This document shows positions 1 through 13,015 of a DNA stretch of 64,000 nucleotides, piece after piece. Below the pieces are notes generated by a model. The model saw nothing but the letters and a program-made list of their open reading frames with translations. It was not told the origin of the DNA and did not search any database. Source of the DNA: Octopus sinensis (taxonomy: Eukaryota); the NCBI RefSeq assembly GCF_006345805.1, contig NC_042997.1:109492001-109556000 (forward strand), in the 5' to 3' direction. Numbering within the stretch: position 1 is the stretch's first letter; each line of letters begins with the position of its first letter. The translations under genes and the position numbers were made by a program.

Positions 1-414
1 TCACCCTAGCGTGGTGCTTGCCCTATCATCTCTTACACCAAGTTGAGACGTCAATTACTTCCCTTCATAAGAAATCAACGTCAACTGACGGTCAAAGAAC
101 CGCTTTCGATTGTGACCTTTTGTGACTGCAGTGTTTGTCCAAGTGTGCTGGAATGAAAGCAGCATCCATGAAGCAAAGTGTGAAGACAGAATGGAACACA
201 TTTGCGCCTGGGATTTTTTTCTACTTTTTCGTTTTTCTACAGGTGACTGATAGTAGTTCATAGAACGCTGGGAAATGGTTCCGACCTTCCTCCGAAGTAT
301 TTTCTTTCATCCGATAGAAGTCAGGACTTTGTAGCAACAGTATGATTCTCTCATTATGTAAAGAGAAATAAGAATCAATGCGTAGACGTCTATGTTCTTT
401 TAAGCACTGTTTAT

Positions 415-712
415 AATCACGTGATCGACAAGATTATCGAATGTTGTTATACATCGCTGGTCACAATGCACTTTGTAACGTTTTTATCTTTCGAATGATG
501 CCATCCTGCTGGCTTGGCGAATAGCCAACATTTCCCCTGATCGCGTGGGGGTGGGGATCCGTCGTGGGCTAACCCATTTATAGCTGAGTGGACTGGGGGA
601 AAGTGAAATGAAGTGTTTTGCTCAAGAACACAGCACTCTGCACGGTCCAGGAATCGAACCCACGATCTAGCGATCGTGAGACAACACCCTGCTAGACCAC
701 GCATCCTCACGT
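415..712 (-). mobile_element. tRNA-derived SINE with CORE-like segment
   Basis: The minus strand has a B-box (GGGTTCGATTCC) followed by TGTGTTCTTGAGCAAAACACTTCATTTCAC; related pieces lie near 27000-27100 and 34850-34960. Confidence 0.65.
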
Positions 713-992
713 GTTTATAACAAAATATTCATACTTATTTATTTACTATAAACCTTCTACTGTATTCATAAAAGCCCTTCATATCTCACTATAAAAGGCT
801 CGACTCCCTTTTCAACAGGTAAATATATCTCCCCCCAAACCCCCACGTCCCTAAATTGTATCCTTTTCTCCTATCGCAGACTTTTGCATCTGTTCGCCTC
901 TGCTACTAACATTTTCTTAATTACCATTCTCACCTTTACATTTCTCCTATTCCTGCAGCTCAGCAGCTAAACAATATCAACATACATACTTC

Positions 993-1096
<104 letters not shown>

Positions 1097-2281
1097 TCCT
1101 CTCCTTCCCTCTCTCTGTGTACTCTTCATGTACCTCAAATTCTAGCTGCCTTTGAATGTTTAGTCTCTGCTGCTGGTATAAATTTAATATGGCTGCCTCA
1201 TATAATTTCGCCCATAAAGAAAGAAATAAACTTTCGCTCGCAGTCCATATTTCTTTTCCCTCTTTGCGTTTTTCCTTCTGCTTCTAATTTTCTCTCCAAC
1301 AACATCTGTGTTGAGTAATCTTTACTTGTTTGTACAAGCTACTACTACTACTACTACGACTTGTTACTGCTCTCGTGCAAGTAGCAACGGAGTCCGTTTT
1401 ATATATCCTTAGTATTCCTTTTCATTTTATTTACTCAGCTGCTATTGTCTATTCCATCGTATTCAACAGCAGAAGATGCTTTAGTCACCTTAATCAGCAT
1501 CAAACTCAAAGACAACAAACAACCAATAAAGACTTCTTACAGTTCATTTGATTGGTTGTTGCAGTTCACAGGTAAAAACTAATAAACCAGCCCACACAAC
1601 ATGCAGTTTAATTAACACTGATCAATCGCTTCTCGACTTGTTGAATTTCGTATTCATGAAGCACTCCACACACAAACCAGACGACCTCGCGGTCGCCTTT
1701 GATGAAGTTGTGCGCCATTCTTTCATAAGGTTTGGCTGTGGAAGGATCATTGTAATAAATGCTTTCTTTCTTCCATGCGACTCTCACCTTCGGAGAGCGA
1801 TTTTTACCTGTTCTTTATAAATTGGCGGCGATTGTTTTGACGTTGAATGTGTGTGTGTGTATGTGTGTGTGTGTGTGTGTGCATGTGCGTGTGCGTGTGT
1901 GTGTGCGTGCATGTGTAGATACATATACGCAGATATACAAACATGCACACACACACACATCACAGTAACGACAAGACTATCAGACGCTGTTATGCACCGT
2001 TGATCACAAAGCGCATTTAATTCCGTTCTGATTGCGACATTGTTTCCAACATCTTGACCCAAATTGCATCAGAAGATTGTATTTATACAGGTGGATATGG
2101 AAATATCTTATAAACGCATAATAATAATGCTGAATGGCATAAATAGGATAGAACATCCTTATATTGACGAAAAATTTGTTTGCGGCCAGCTATGCATATA
2201 TATATATATTTTACACATACCTATTTGTTTAAAAAATTAAAATATAGTTTATAGTATCAAACTATGAGAAAGTGAGATAGG

Positions 2282-2376
2282 GGCCTGATGATTGGGGTTA
2301 TATTTTATGAATGGTTCCAGCAAAACACAGCGTGGTTAAGGAACCGGGAAATGTACCTCATGAAACACGTGTAGCT
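2282..2376 (+). ncRNA. Type I hammerhead ribozyme (family A) in a ~330-bp element between microsatellites
   Basis: GGC-CTGATGA-T-TGGGGT...ACCTCA-T-GAAAC-ACGT-GTA-GCT; inner stem II pairs GGTTCC/GGAACC; palindromic stem III ACACGTGT; short stem I. Confidence 0.7.
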
Positions 2377-2574
2377 AAGTTATAGAGTAGTAAGTATTTA
2401 AATAAAATTTCTCATATATGGTGAGATGAAAGGGCCTACTATCTCTAAGTGAAAATACATATTTTCTCATTGAGAATAATTTGAACCCCTGTTATACCGG
2501 AATTTTTATTCCCTAACAAATAAAATTAAATATATACATACACACACACGCACACACACACATATATATATATG

Positions 2575-2608
<34 letters not shown>

Positions 2609-2700
2609 CAGAGAGAGACAGAGAGAGACAGAGAGACAGACAGAGAGAGACAAAGACAGTTCTAACACGCGCACACAAACACACACGCATATATATATAT

Positions 2701-2734
<34 letters not shown>

Positions 2735-2744
2735 ATATATTATC

Positions 2745-3143
2745 TTCTCACTTATTTCAGCCATTTGACTGCGGCCATGCTGGATCACTTCATGAAGAGA
2801 TTTTTCATCGAAGAAGTCGACTCCAGGATTTATTCTTTGTAAGCCTATTACTTATTCTATCGGTCTCTTTGTCAAGGCGCTAAGTTACGGATGCGTAAAC
2901 ACACCCACGTCGGTTGTTAAGTGACGCTGGGGTCACAAATACAGACATAAAGACACACTCGCATAAATGTATATGTACATACGACGGGCTTCTTTCAGCT
3001 TCCGTCTACCAAATCCACTCATAAGGTTTTGATTGGCCCACGGTTATAGTAAAAACACACCCAAGACACCACGCAGCGAGACTGAACCTGAGGGCAACGT
3101 ACTTGAGAAGCAAGCTTCTTACCAGACAGCTACTACTGCGCCT
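2745..3143 (-). mobile_element. tRNA-derived SINE, family 1
   Basis: Reverse complement of the 10024-10432 copy (GGATTTGGTAGACGGAAGCTGAAAGAAGCCCGTCG ... CCAGCATGGCCGCAGTCAAATG). Confidence 0.85.
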
Positions 3144-3152
3144 ATTATATAT

Positions 3153-3245
<93 letters not shown>

Positions 3246-3339
3246 ATATATATATATATCTATATATATACATTACGCACACACACCGGAAATGTAACCG
3301 CAATTGGGCCGTTGGTGATGTTCCTTCCTTTTGCGACTA

Positions 3340-3482
3340 TTCCCTTTCTCCTTTCCGGCGAAAGGCATGCTCGAAACATTATATACATACATCCATATAC
3401 ATTCCAATACGCCATGATAGATCGGTAGCCACTACATACATTTTATTTTCTTTCTTTGTTTCTCTCCTTGTTTCTTTCTTTT
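3340..3482 (+). mobile_element. Degenerate copy of the short HHR-bearing element family D
   Basis: CTTTCCGGCGAAAGGCATGCTCGAAACATT resembles the family D ribozyme; GATAGATCGGTAGCCACTACATACATTTT... matches the reverse complement of 57800-57857. Confidence 0.5.
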
Positions 3483-3659
3483 TGATGTAAATAATTTTTG
3501 GTGTTAACATGGTCCGATTTGAATTTTTTCCTCTACGGAAGGAAGAGCAAGCCTTCTTCTTTCATACTCTCAATTTTGGTCAGCTTGCGCCGCAGGGTCT
3601 CGGAGGAGATAGTGTTTGTTGAAGGCTGAAGTCATACACAGACAACTTCAGCTTCATAT

Positions 3660-4160
3660 ATAGAAAAATAAAGCGAAACGGGTCCAAGACTGTCCCCTAA
3701 GGGACACCACTGGTGACTTTTGCTGGGCTTGAGTGGATTCCACCGATCACAACATGTGTTCTGTCTCCAGGAATTATTCAATCCAGTGTAGTAGTTTTTC
3801 ACGGATTCCAACATTTGTCAATTCTGACAGTAGTATATTATTATGTCAACTCTGTCGAACGCTTTACTGAAGTCAAGAGATATGACATCAGAGTTGGAAC
3901 CTGATCTCAAGGCTTTAAGGATATGATCGATGTGGTGTAAGAGCTGTGTTAGACAGTCCCTGCCGCAGCGAAAGCCATGCTGGTTTGAATTTAGGAGATC
4001 GTGGCTCTCCAGGAAGCTAGCTATCCTTAATCTCACCACACTTTTAAACACTTTAACGATGTGGGAGGTGAGTGAGATTGAGTGATAGCTGACTGCGAGG
4101 GATCTGTTTCTCTGTTTGAAAACCGGGATGACAGACTGGGATAGGAGCTGTTTCGGTATA
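3660..4160 (-). pseudogene. LINE reverse transcriptase fragment (CR1-like)
   Basis: ORF 3818-4180: VIPVFK...ISLTSHIVKVF...NQHGFRCGRDCLTQLL...VISLDFSKAFDRVD, followed by a frameshifted SGVP.GTVLGP motif. Confidence 0.9.
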
Positions 4161-4164
4161 TAAT

Positions 4165-4196
<32 letters not shown>

Positions 4197-4405
4197 GTGT
4201 GTGTGGGTGCGCGCGTGCGTATGTGTGTGTATCAGTCTTATATTTCTACATTGGAAATCGGCACAAGCGTTAGAGAGTCTTTGTTACACATCATTACGTA
4301 CTGATTTCAAATCATACTGAGAATAACAAGCCTTTTCACTCTAGCAAGGAACTATAAAAAAAAGGGCCACAAAAGCACTGCAGTCTATTCTTTTTCCTCT
4401 ACCCC

Positions 4406-4450
<45 letters not shown>

Positions 4451-5331
4451 TCCTTCTCTCTAATTCTCACTGATTTACAATGTGGCTCTGCCAGTAACTC
4501 CACATTACGTTTCACACCCAAACCTCTTTCCGTCCATTCCTCCACAGTTGTCAATTACGTTTGATGTCCACAGTCCATTTCCATATTCAATGATTTGGAA
4601 TCACGTGGTAAGAGGTTGCTCCATCATGTCCGGAGCTGTGACGATTGAATTAAACTAAACGACACTGTAAACACCGTCTGCTATAATCTTTAATGCTTGC
4701 GAGTCTCGTTCCTTAATCTTAAGTCAATTAGCACTTTCTGATATACGTTCTCTAATGTCGATTAATTATCCTGTTATCATCATCCGGGAAAGGAAGATGG
4801 TGTATTCATCATTCTTCTCTTCTACCTGCTGCTTCTCTTATTTGCTCTTACACCACCACCACCACCTCCTCTTCATTCTCCTCTTCATACTCCTCATAAT
4901 GTCATCGTTATCGTTGTTGTCGTTGTCGTTGCATCGGCATCTTCCTAATCAATATCGTCAACAGCAGCAGCTGTTCAAGAATTTGGACCTGGAGATCTCC
5001 ATTTCCAGCGACTTCGAGGGCCACCTCCCAGTGGTGTCAGGCGTCAACGAAGAGCCTTCGACTACAACAAGACGACCAAAGTTTTGTTTTTTTCCAAGGT
5101 CTGGGGTCTCCCGCACCTAAGCACTAGACCATCACCTAATCACCCTTTTACCCGTCTTGTTTCTTAACAACAACAACAACAACAACAACAATCAACAGCA
5201 ACAGAGCTGCAACAATTAGCACCACCGCCACCACCCTTGCTGTTGGTGTCACTGATATACAGAGATAATTAGCTAGCTCTGTTTAGCTATGTGTGTGTGT
5301 GCGCGCATGTGTGCGTGTGTATGTGTATGCA

Positions 5332-5362
<31 letters not shown>

Positions 5363-5465
5363 ATGCGTGTGTATATATTTTCCTCAAGAAAATGTGCATA
5401 AAACTGCCCGGGGGGTACTCTTTCTGATAGTAAATATATAGTAAATATATATATATAATATATGT

Positions 5466-5514
<49 letters not shown>

Positions 5515-5767
5515 ATTTGTATATACACACACTCATACATATATATTATATATATATATATGTATACACACACTCATACATATATATTATATATATATAT
5601 ATATGTATACACACACACTCATACATACATATATATTATATATATATGTATACACACACACTCATACACATATATATTATATATATATGTATACACACAC
5701 ACTCATACATACATATATATTATATATATATGTATACACACACACTCATACATACATATATATTATA

Positions 5768-7215
5768 CTAGCAGAGATACCCGGCGTTGCCCGAGTTACA
5801 TACAGTTGAAGAATTAGTCTTTTCTGCTGTATTTTCTCTAATGAACTGGAATATCTATGTTTCGAATTTCATCAAAATTGCAGATGAGGGTTATTTCCCT
5901 CTTTACACACCACCAAAAAATTGTAATCGTGCCACATATATCCCATACTACTGATTTTTATGCGAATATTCCAAAATTTCAGTCTTATTGAACCTGATAA
6001 AAAGATTTTGCCCCTGAAAAATGAAGGTCATAGAGCTCTAAAATGTGAGAGTTAAGACCCCTGTTGGGGGTGGGCATCTTAATGTCAACCAGAGAAGTTG
6101 AATTGTTGAGAATCTTATTTACTTGAGTCTTATATCTATTGTTTGAATTTCTTTGAAATAGGAAATATATGTTCACTGGGTGTGTAAAAGAGAGCAAAGC
6201 TACAGGAAACCAAAAGACGAATGATCACAATAAGCAGTCAGCTACAATACCCTAGTCGTTACCACTCCCAATGTAGGATTCCTCACCATCCAGGTGACAG
6301 GCACAGCCGTAAGATGCATTACGAATCTATAGCAATTGGAAGGGGGTGACCCAACTGAAATAGACATTAACAACTGTGTGACGTGAAGGCTAAATAGAAA
6401 TGAAAGTTGGAGTTTGCAAATGACCACTATACTCATATGTAACTGGACAGAATAAATATACAATCTATAAATGTCTTTGAATAACCAGTCACTCATCTGA
6501 GAATGCCTTAAAATCAATGTTACCATGTGGGGACTATGTGTGACCCAGTGATAATAAAAAGACTGAAAGTAGATCTGCAATCAAATAAGTTTAACCAACA
6601 CTTTGCAACTGAATCAGTGGAGGCAAAGATGCCTCTCATTTACTTGACAAGTTATGCACCACATTGCAGAAATCACAATCTAAGTGTATGTCAAAACAAA
6701 CTCTTACACTGTTGTACCATTGAATTACAAATAATGCGCATCTTCTATGCTCGGATGACCCCACAGCTTCCAAGAGTACAACTATTCGTCTTTGCTTAGA
6801 TAAAATGACAAAATTGTGGGGGTTAAATCCCCATGGTGGGGGTCTTTCTAACTTGTAAGAAGATGAAATTTTATAAATATTACTTCATTTGTATCTAATA
6901 TCTATGGTTAAAATTTCCTCAACATCGAAAATTTATGAATTTTCATGGGAGGGTTCTGCCCCGTTTACGCCATCCGAAATCCAAACCAAACGTATTGCAT
7001 TATACCCGCCCTTATGCATTGAATCTAAGTTTCAAATATCATAAGGATCCATTCAGAAATTTTGGTCCATGAAACTGTATGAAACACACAGCATTACCCT
7101 TCTCCCTGGGCTTCGATTTTGTGTTCCAAATTTCAGTATGATCGGTGCAGCAGTTTTCGAATGTATAAGTAATACACGAACACATAAAGACATTGTCTTT
7201 GATATAATAAATATG
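5768..7215 (-). mobile_element. Non-autonomous Helitron-like element
   Basis: The minus-strand 3' end reads CGGGCAACGCCGGGTATCTCTGCTAG (GC-rich sub-terminal segment then CTAG); the other end has a Helitron-N-like 5' region (CGAAAACTGCTGCACCGATCATACTGAAATTTGG). Confidence 0.55.
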
Positions 7216-7249
7216 AATGTACACATATACATACATGTATATATATATA

Positions 7250-7280
<31 letters not shown>

Positions 7281-7311
7281 GCGTGCGTGCGTGTGTATGT
7301 GTGTGTGTATC

Positions 7312-7359
<48 letters not shown>

Positions 7360-7384
7360 TGCGTGCGTGTGTATGTGTGTGTGT

Positions 7385-7423
<39 letters not shown>

Positions 7424-7702
7424 TATATATACGCACACACACACAAGATAAATTGATAGATACAACTGAGTGGGCAAACAAAAATATGAGACACAGCGTA
7501 GTGCTTTTTTATGTTGATAAGCCTGGTACTTATTCTATTAGTTTCTTCTTGTGAAACCAGTAAGTTATGGGGATGTAAATAAAGTAACACCAGTTGTGAA
7601 GCAGTGATGAGGGTGAAACACAGAAACAAAGTCACACACATACCCTTTAATATATACATACATATATATACGATTGATTTCTTTAAGTTTCTGTCTACGA
7701 AA

Positions 7703-7850
7703 TCTATATATATATCTCTATATATAAAACTGAGAATGTGTGTCTGTCTGTCTGTCTGTCTGTGTGAATCCCTAAAACTTGAGAACTACACAACCAATTT
7801 CATTCAAATTTTACACACGCCTTACTTAGGGTCCATGTAGTGTCATGTGG
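7703..7850 (+). mobile_element. Helitron-N-like 5' fragment
   Basis: TCTATATATAAAACTGAGAATGTGTGTCTGTCTGTCTG...ACCAATTTCATTCAAATTTTACACA; TC start with (GTCT)n. Confidence 0.45.
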
Positions 7851-8012
7851 AAAAATGTTTATCTGGGTTCAGTCCCACTGCGTGGCACCTTGGCCAAGTG
7901 TCTTCGACTTTAGCCGCAACTGACCAAAGCCCTGTGAGTGGATTTGGTAGACGGAAACTGAAAGACGCCCATCGTATATATACATGTGGGTAGTAAAGAA
8001 ATATATAGTAAA

Positions 8013-8069
<57 letters not shown>

Positions 8070-8191
8070 GTGTGTGTAGAGAGGGAGGGGGAGAGAGAGG
8101 TGAAAAGATAGATTGATGACAGACAGATACCTACATACATTAATACATACATACATACATACATACATACATACATACATACATACATACA

Positions 8192-8225
<34 letters not shown>

Positions 8226-8250
8226 CATACATTACTACATACATACATTA

Positions 8251-8362
8251 TGGCTGCCCCCTCGTTATCGAGTATGGCCATTGCATGAAGCTTAACTGTT
8301 ACTGGTGCTGTGCTCGAATGTGACTTTTTAGCCCAGCTAAAGATCTACAATGTCTTGTACAC
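8251..8362 (-). mobile_element. 5'-truncated RTE LINE 3' end in (TACA)n
   Basis: Matches the reverse complement of 22290-22397 (last zinc finger and 3' tail ending GAGGGGGCAGCCA). Confidence 0.75.
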
Positions 8363-8443
8363 ATACCTACATACATACATACATACATACATACATACAT
8401 ACATACATACATACATACATACATACATACATACATACATACA

Positions 8444-8991
8444 TGGTGGCTACCCCCTCGTTACCGAGTATGGCCATTGCACGAAGCTTAATCAATGTTG
8501 TTATCGTGCAATGCCTGTGCAAGAAGATTTTTTTTAAGTGAGGCAAGACTGTGCACTGAGTCAATCCCACTCACTAAGCAACAGCAGTCATAATCCGAAA
8601 AGAAGAACAAGTCAACATCATCGGTAACCACTGAGGCGCAGTTTTTATGTCGGAGTTATCCCAGTTACCTGAGTTACCTTCCCCTAGACGGATGCCCTAA
8701 CAAAGGCTAGGAGTCCTTCACTCCCAATGGTTTAACCGCGCGATCGGGTATTCAGTCGGATTAATTCTATGTCCCCGCGCATGATACATCCTTAAGACAT
8801 TTATTGGATGGCCATTGACTCTCAAGAGTTCCTACGCCCTTTGACGGGTTCTGTTTTCATCCCGCCGGGTGTCCAATAAACACCCTCCTCACAAAGCAAG
8901 CTTGGTGGGGTTGACGGTTTAGTCGCCGACGACCCGACCATGCAACAGGTTGTACTGGGTTACATGTTACCAGTAGCACTCGAAAGTGACC

Positions 8992-8993
<2 letters not shown>
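8444..8993 (-). mobile_element. Bipartite non-autonomous RTE derivative (5' UTR-like part joined to an RTE 3' tail)
   Basis: The 3' ~50 nt (AAGCTTCGTGCAATGGCCATACTCGGTAACGAGGGGGTAGCCA) match the RTE tail at 22354-22397; the interior has GGCATCCGTCTAGGGGAAGGTAACTC, resembling RTE 5' UTRs; flanked by (TACA)n. Confidence 0.6.
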
Positions 8994-9022
<29 letters not shown>

Positions 9023-10023
9023 CATACATACATACATACATACATACAAATATACATACATAGAAAGTGAGAAAGAGAAGAGAGAAAAGGTGGAGAGCTC
9101 CAGGGATTTAATTAGTTTTGCCGTTGATACAAAAAAATTAGTTTCCCGCAAAATCAAAAAGCAAAATTATCAAATATGACAGAGGGAAGAGAGAGGAAGA
9201 GAGTAAGAGTGAGAGAGAGAGAAAGAGAGAGTGAGAGAGAGAATGAGAGTGAGAGAGAGAAAGAGAGTGAAAGAGAGAGTAAGAATGAGAGAGAGAGGGA
9301 GAAAGGGAGTGAGAGAGAGAAAGGGAGAGAGAGAAAGAGAGTGAGAGCGATAGAAAGAGAGTGAGAGCGATAGAAAGAGAATGAAAGAGATGTCTACCTT
9401 TCAAATAATAATATATTGTAACTTTGTTCGGATTAGGCAATTAGCTTTGAGCGGCGGCGGCGGCGTGAAGGTGGAAAAGGAAGACGAGGCAACGGTGAAG
9501 CTGGTGCGATGACGATAAACACCTAAGAGACATCAGATAGAATAGCTTGCAGGCAAGAAAAGAAAAGGCTTCTTCTCCCCCACCGCCACCGCCACTCTTC
9601 TTAGGTCGTCGTCGTCGTCCATATTTGTCGTCGTCGTAAACAAAAACAGACAAATTAAAAAACAAAAAGCTTAATGGAAGAAAAGCTTGGCTCACTTTGA
9701 AGTTTTCGCAACAACCGCCATCATAAACCATCAATTCACTCCCTCCCTCATCCCCATATACCCCTCTCTCATTCACTCCTTAGATTTTTGTTTTATGTTT
9801 GTCTTTGCATTTACGGTTTTCGCGATTCTTGTTTGATTTTTATGCACTTTTTGGTATTTTTTGGTGGGGTGGGGGTCGTTTGAGCAGAAGAAAAACTTAT
9901 TAGAAAAACGTTGTCATTTAAATATGTTTAATTGTTGGATTGATATATATTATACGGAAGAAGGGTGGAGGTAAATTTTGATGTTGTGTCGCTCATGCTT
10001 TTCCTACATAACATAAAGAGGTG

Positions 10024-10432
10024 TGTTGGAGTGGCTGTGTGGTAAGTAGCTTGCTTATCAACCACATGGTCCGGGGTTCAGTTCCACTGTGTAGCACCTT
10101 GGGCAAATGCCTTCTACTATAGCCTCAGGCCGACCAAAGCCTTGTGAGTGGATTTGGTAGATGGAAACTTAAAGAGGCCCGTCGTATATGTACATATATA
10201 TGTATGTGTGTGTATGTGTTTGTGTGTCTGTTTGTCCCCCCCCCCCACTATCGCTTGACAACCGATGCTGATGTGTTTACGTCCCCGTATCTTTAGCGGT
10301 TCGGTAATAGAGACCGATAGAATAAATACTAGGCTTCCAAAGAATAAGTCCTGGGGTCGATTTGCTACACTAAAGGTGGTGCTCCAGCATGGCCGCAGGC
10401 AAATGACTGAAACAAGTAAAAGAGTAAAAGAG
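10024..10432 (+). mobile_element. tRNA-derived SINE, family 1 (full length)
   Basis: A-box-like TGGCTGTGTGG and B-box-like GGTTCAGTTCC; internal (TG)n; tail AAAAGAGTAAAAGAG. Other copies or parts: 7862-7980, 10600-10770, 15330-15663, 18030-18185, 29115-29330, 35670-36072, 55055-55222, 61940-62323. Confidence 0.9.
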
Positions 10433-10824
10433 TTTGTGATATGTATTTATTATGTCTTCTGGTTATTAATGCCGGGTTTGTGAGAAAGGTGAAAACAGAC
10501 AGACACACGTAGCCATCCATTGATTCTCACTGATACACAAGCACCCATCTCCCATCATAAATGCTCATATGTGTGGGTGAGAGAGTATATGCGTGAGTAT
10601 AAACGGCGGGTTTCTTTCAGTTTCCGTCTACCGAATCTAATCGCAAGGCTTTGGATGGTCCGAGACTGTGGAAGAAGACACTTGCTCAAGGTGTCACACA
10701 GTGGGACTGAACGCGGATCCATGTGCTTGGGGAACAAAAACGTCTTGACCACACAGCCACGTCTGCGCCTATGTATTTGTGTATGTTATAGATAAATACA
10801 GGTGCAAACATTCAAACAAACATA

Positions 10825-11166
10825 TAGTAGAACCTCGCTTTACGAGTGCCACATTGTACGAGTAATTTGCTGTACGAGCCGAAACTCACGTGAATTTTTG
10901 TCTTGAAGTACGAGCGGAAATCCGCAGTATGAGCACACAAATCGTCCCATCTTTAAGGTAATTCAGTTAATAAAACCAGTTTACATATATCCTTTGCATT
11001 CTCTATTTTATAATTGTCATTTTATCTGTAACTACACCTTTTCTGTTTTAAAACCATGGAACGGATTAATTATACTTTAGTTAATTTGCTGATTTGTAAA
11101 ACGAGTAAATCGTAAGACGAGCTCACTCATGGAACGATTTAGACTCGCACTGCGAGGTCTCACCTT
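10825..11166. mobile_element. Tigger/pogo-like MITE
   Basis: Imperfect terminal inverted repeats TAGTAGAACCTCGC / GCGAGGTCTCACCTTA, repeated internal TACGAG motifs, TA flanks. Confidence 0.55.
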
Positions 11167-12682
11167 ATTAATAAACGTAAATATATTTTTTAAAAAAACA
11201 TTTATTCATCGTTGCTGTGTAAATTAGACATGACTTTATAAAACCAGGTTTTTACTGAAAGAAGAAATACTCAGACATCGATTCGCGTCTGCAAGACTTT
11301 ACAGGAATGTTGAACGACTGAAGTCAATCAAAGCCTACTCGTACCACCGGTTATCCTTATCAACTGATCGATCTGTCATAACAATCGTTTCGTTTTTCAC
11401 CAACGCCAAATCTCCTCTCAACGGTCACCATTTTTCTCTATTTTATTAAATGACGATTCCTGCTCTTCTCTTCCAAAGACATAAACACCTTCGACATTTC
11501 CTCGAGCTTCTTTTGTGAAAAAGGATAATCCACAAAATAGACCATTGATGATATTCGTTCCTTGTTTTTCTCCAGACGATTGTCTCCTAAGCTTCTTTTA
11601 TACACTTCGACTGATCGCTGGAAATAGAACCATATTTGCTGATGCTGTGTCGAAGCATCATGATTTAATCTTCAATTCTAGCACCAGTCAAGTGCCGGTG
11701 CAACTCTCCACACCTTCTACCATTATATCCTGGTTGTTCTGAAGAGACAAGAGGGACAAATTCGAGAAGGTTTCTGTGTCCGCTCTTGTCGACGTGAGCA
11801 GCGAAAGTGTCAAGGCCTTGCCACAGTGATATCAGGGGCATTCTCGATGGACAGTGACGGCTATGTGGAGGTGGATGTGTATGGGCGGGCGGGCGTGTTT
11901 ATATGTGTGCGTGCGTGTATGTGCGTGTGTGTGTGCGTGCACGTATGCTTGTGTGCGTGTGTGTGCTTGTGTACATGAGTGTGTACGTGCTTGTATGCGA
12001 GTGTGTATGTATGCATGTGTGTGTGTGCGTGTGTGTGTTTGTTCGCGCGCGTCCGTGTGCAAGCGTGTGCATGCATGTGTATGTGTGCGTGTGTGTGTAT
12101 GCATGCGTGTGCATGCGTGTGCATGTGCGTCTAAGTGTGTGTGTTTGTGTACATGTGTGTGTGCGTGTGCGTATGTGTATTTGTGTACATGTTCGTACGT
12201 TTTTGCGTGTGTATGTGTGTGTGCATATGTGTCTGTGCTTGTGCGAGCGTGTGAATATGCGTGTGTGTGTGTGTGTGTGAATATGCGTGTGTGTGAGTGT
12301 GTGCGCGCGCGCTGCAGTGGATTAACCATTAAGCAAAATAAGCACGTGTAGAAGGCATCAGCGGAAGGGGTGGTGGGTGGTTGGCGGGGTCACCAGAAAT
12401 AGTAAATGGCTTACAACACAAAAGAAATCACTTTATACTTGCTATAATAATATTTGAAGTAGTTTTTTATGATCGGAAATATAATTTTGAAGTGTTCATG
12501 GTGCCATAGTGATGATCTGATCAAAGACTTTTCAATCAAATATTTAAAAAAAACAATAATAAATAGGAGAAAACTTTTCAAAATTAAATCAACTGAAAAT
12601 ATACGAAAATAAACATTTTTTTTCCTATCTAAACTCTTAGTTTTCTTTCGTTTTGAAAGATAAAATTTATTCTATGGCTAAT

Positions 12683-12835
12683 CATTTATATTATTTACAT
12701 TTGACGGATATTTGTCCTCATCTTGTTTGTTGTTAACACAACGTTTCGGCTGATATACCCTCCAGTCTTCATCCGGTGTCTTAGGGAAATTTCGAACCTG
12801 GGTTCTCATTCTTAAGGTATTTTCTGATGTTGTTG

Positions 12836-12910
<75 letters not shown>

Positions 12911-13015
12911 TTACTGCCTGGAATCGAACTCGGAATAACTACTACGCCATATGCCCGTGGGCAAATGTAAATAATGTAAATAATGTACATAATTCCTCGT
13001 CTCTTAAATATAGAA
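12683..13015 (-). mobile_element. tRNA-headed element with internal (AAT)n and an HHR-like motif (family B)
   Basis: Minus-strand A-box TGGCGTAGTAGTT (12937-12949), B-box GAGTTCGATTCC (12920-12931), (AAT)n, then the HHR; 20-bp inverted repeat 12684-12703 / 12962-12981. Confidence 0.65.
12735..12780 (-). ncRNA. Minimal hammerhead ribozyme with a core mutation (family B)
   Basis: GACAC-CGGATGA-A-GACTG...CAGCC-GAAAC-GTT-GTGTT; U4 is G in this copy; loopless palindromic stem III AACGTT. Confidence 0.55.

Noticed and set aside
1611-1808. Stop-free minus-strand frame GKNRSPKVRVAWKKESIYY...EKRLISVN as a terminal exon
   Set aside because: It has no polypyrimidine acceptor, no recognisable homology and no partner exons.
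11270-11760. Minus-strand splice-acceptor-like site near 11740
   Set aside because: All three frames stop within 25 codons; at most a non-coding exon, which cannot be supported without RNA data.
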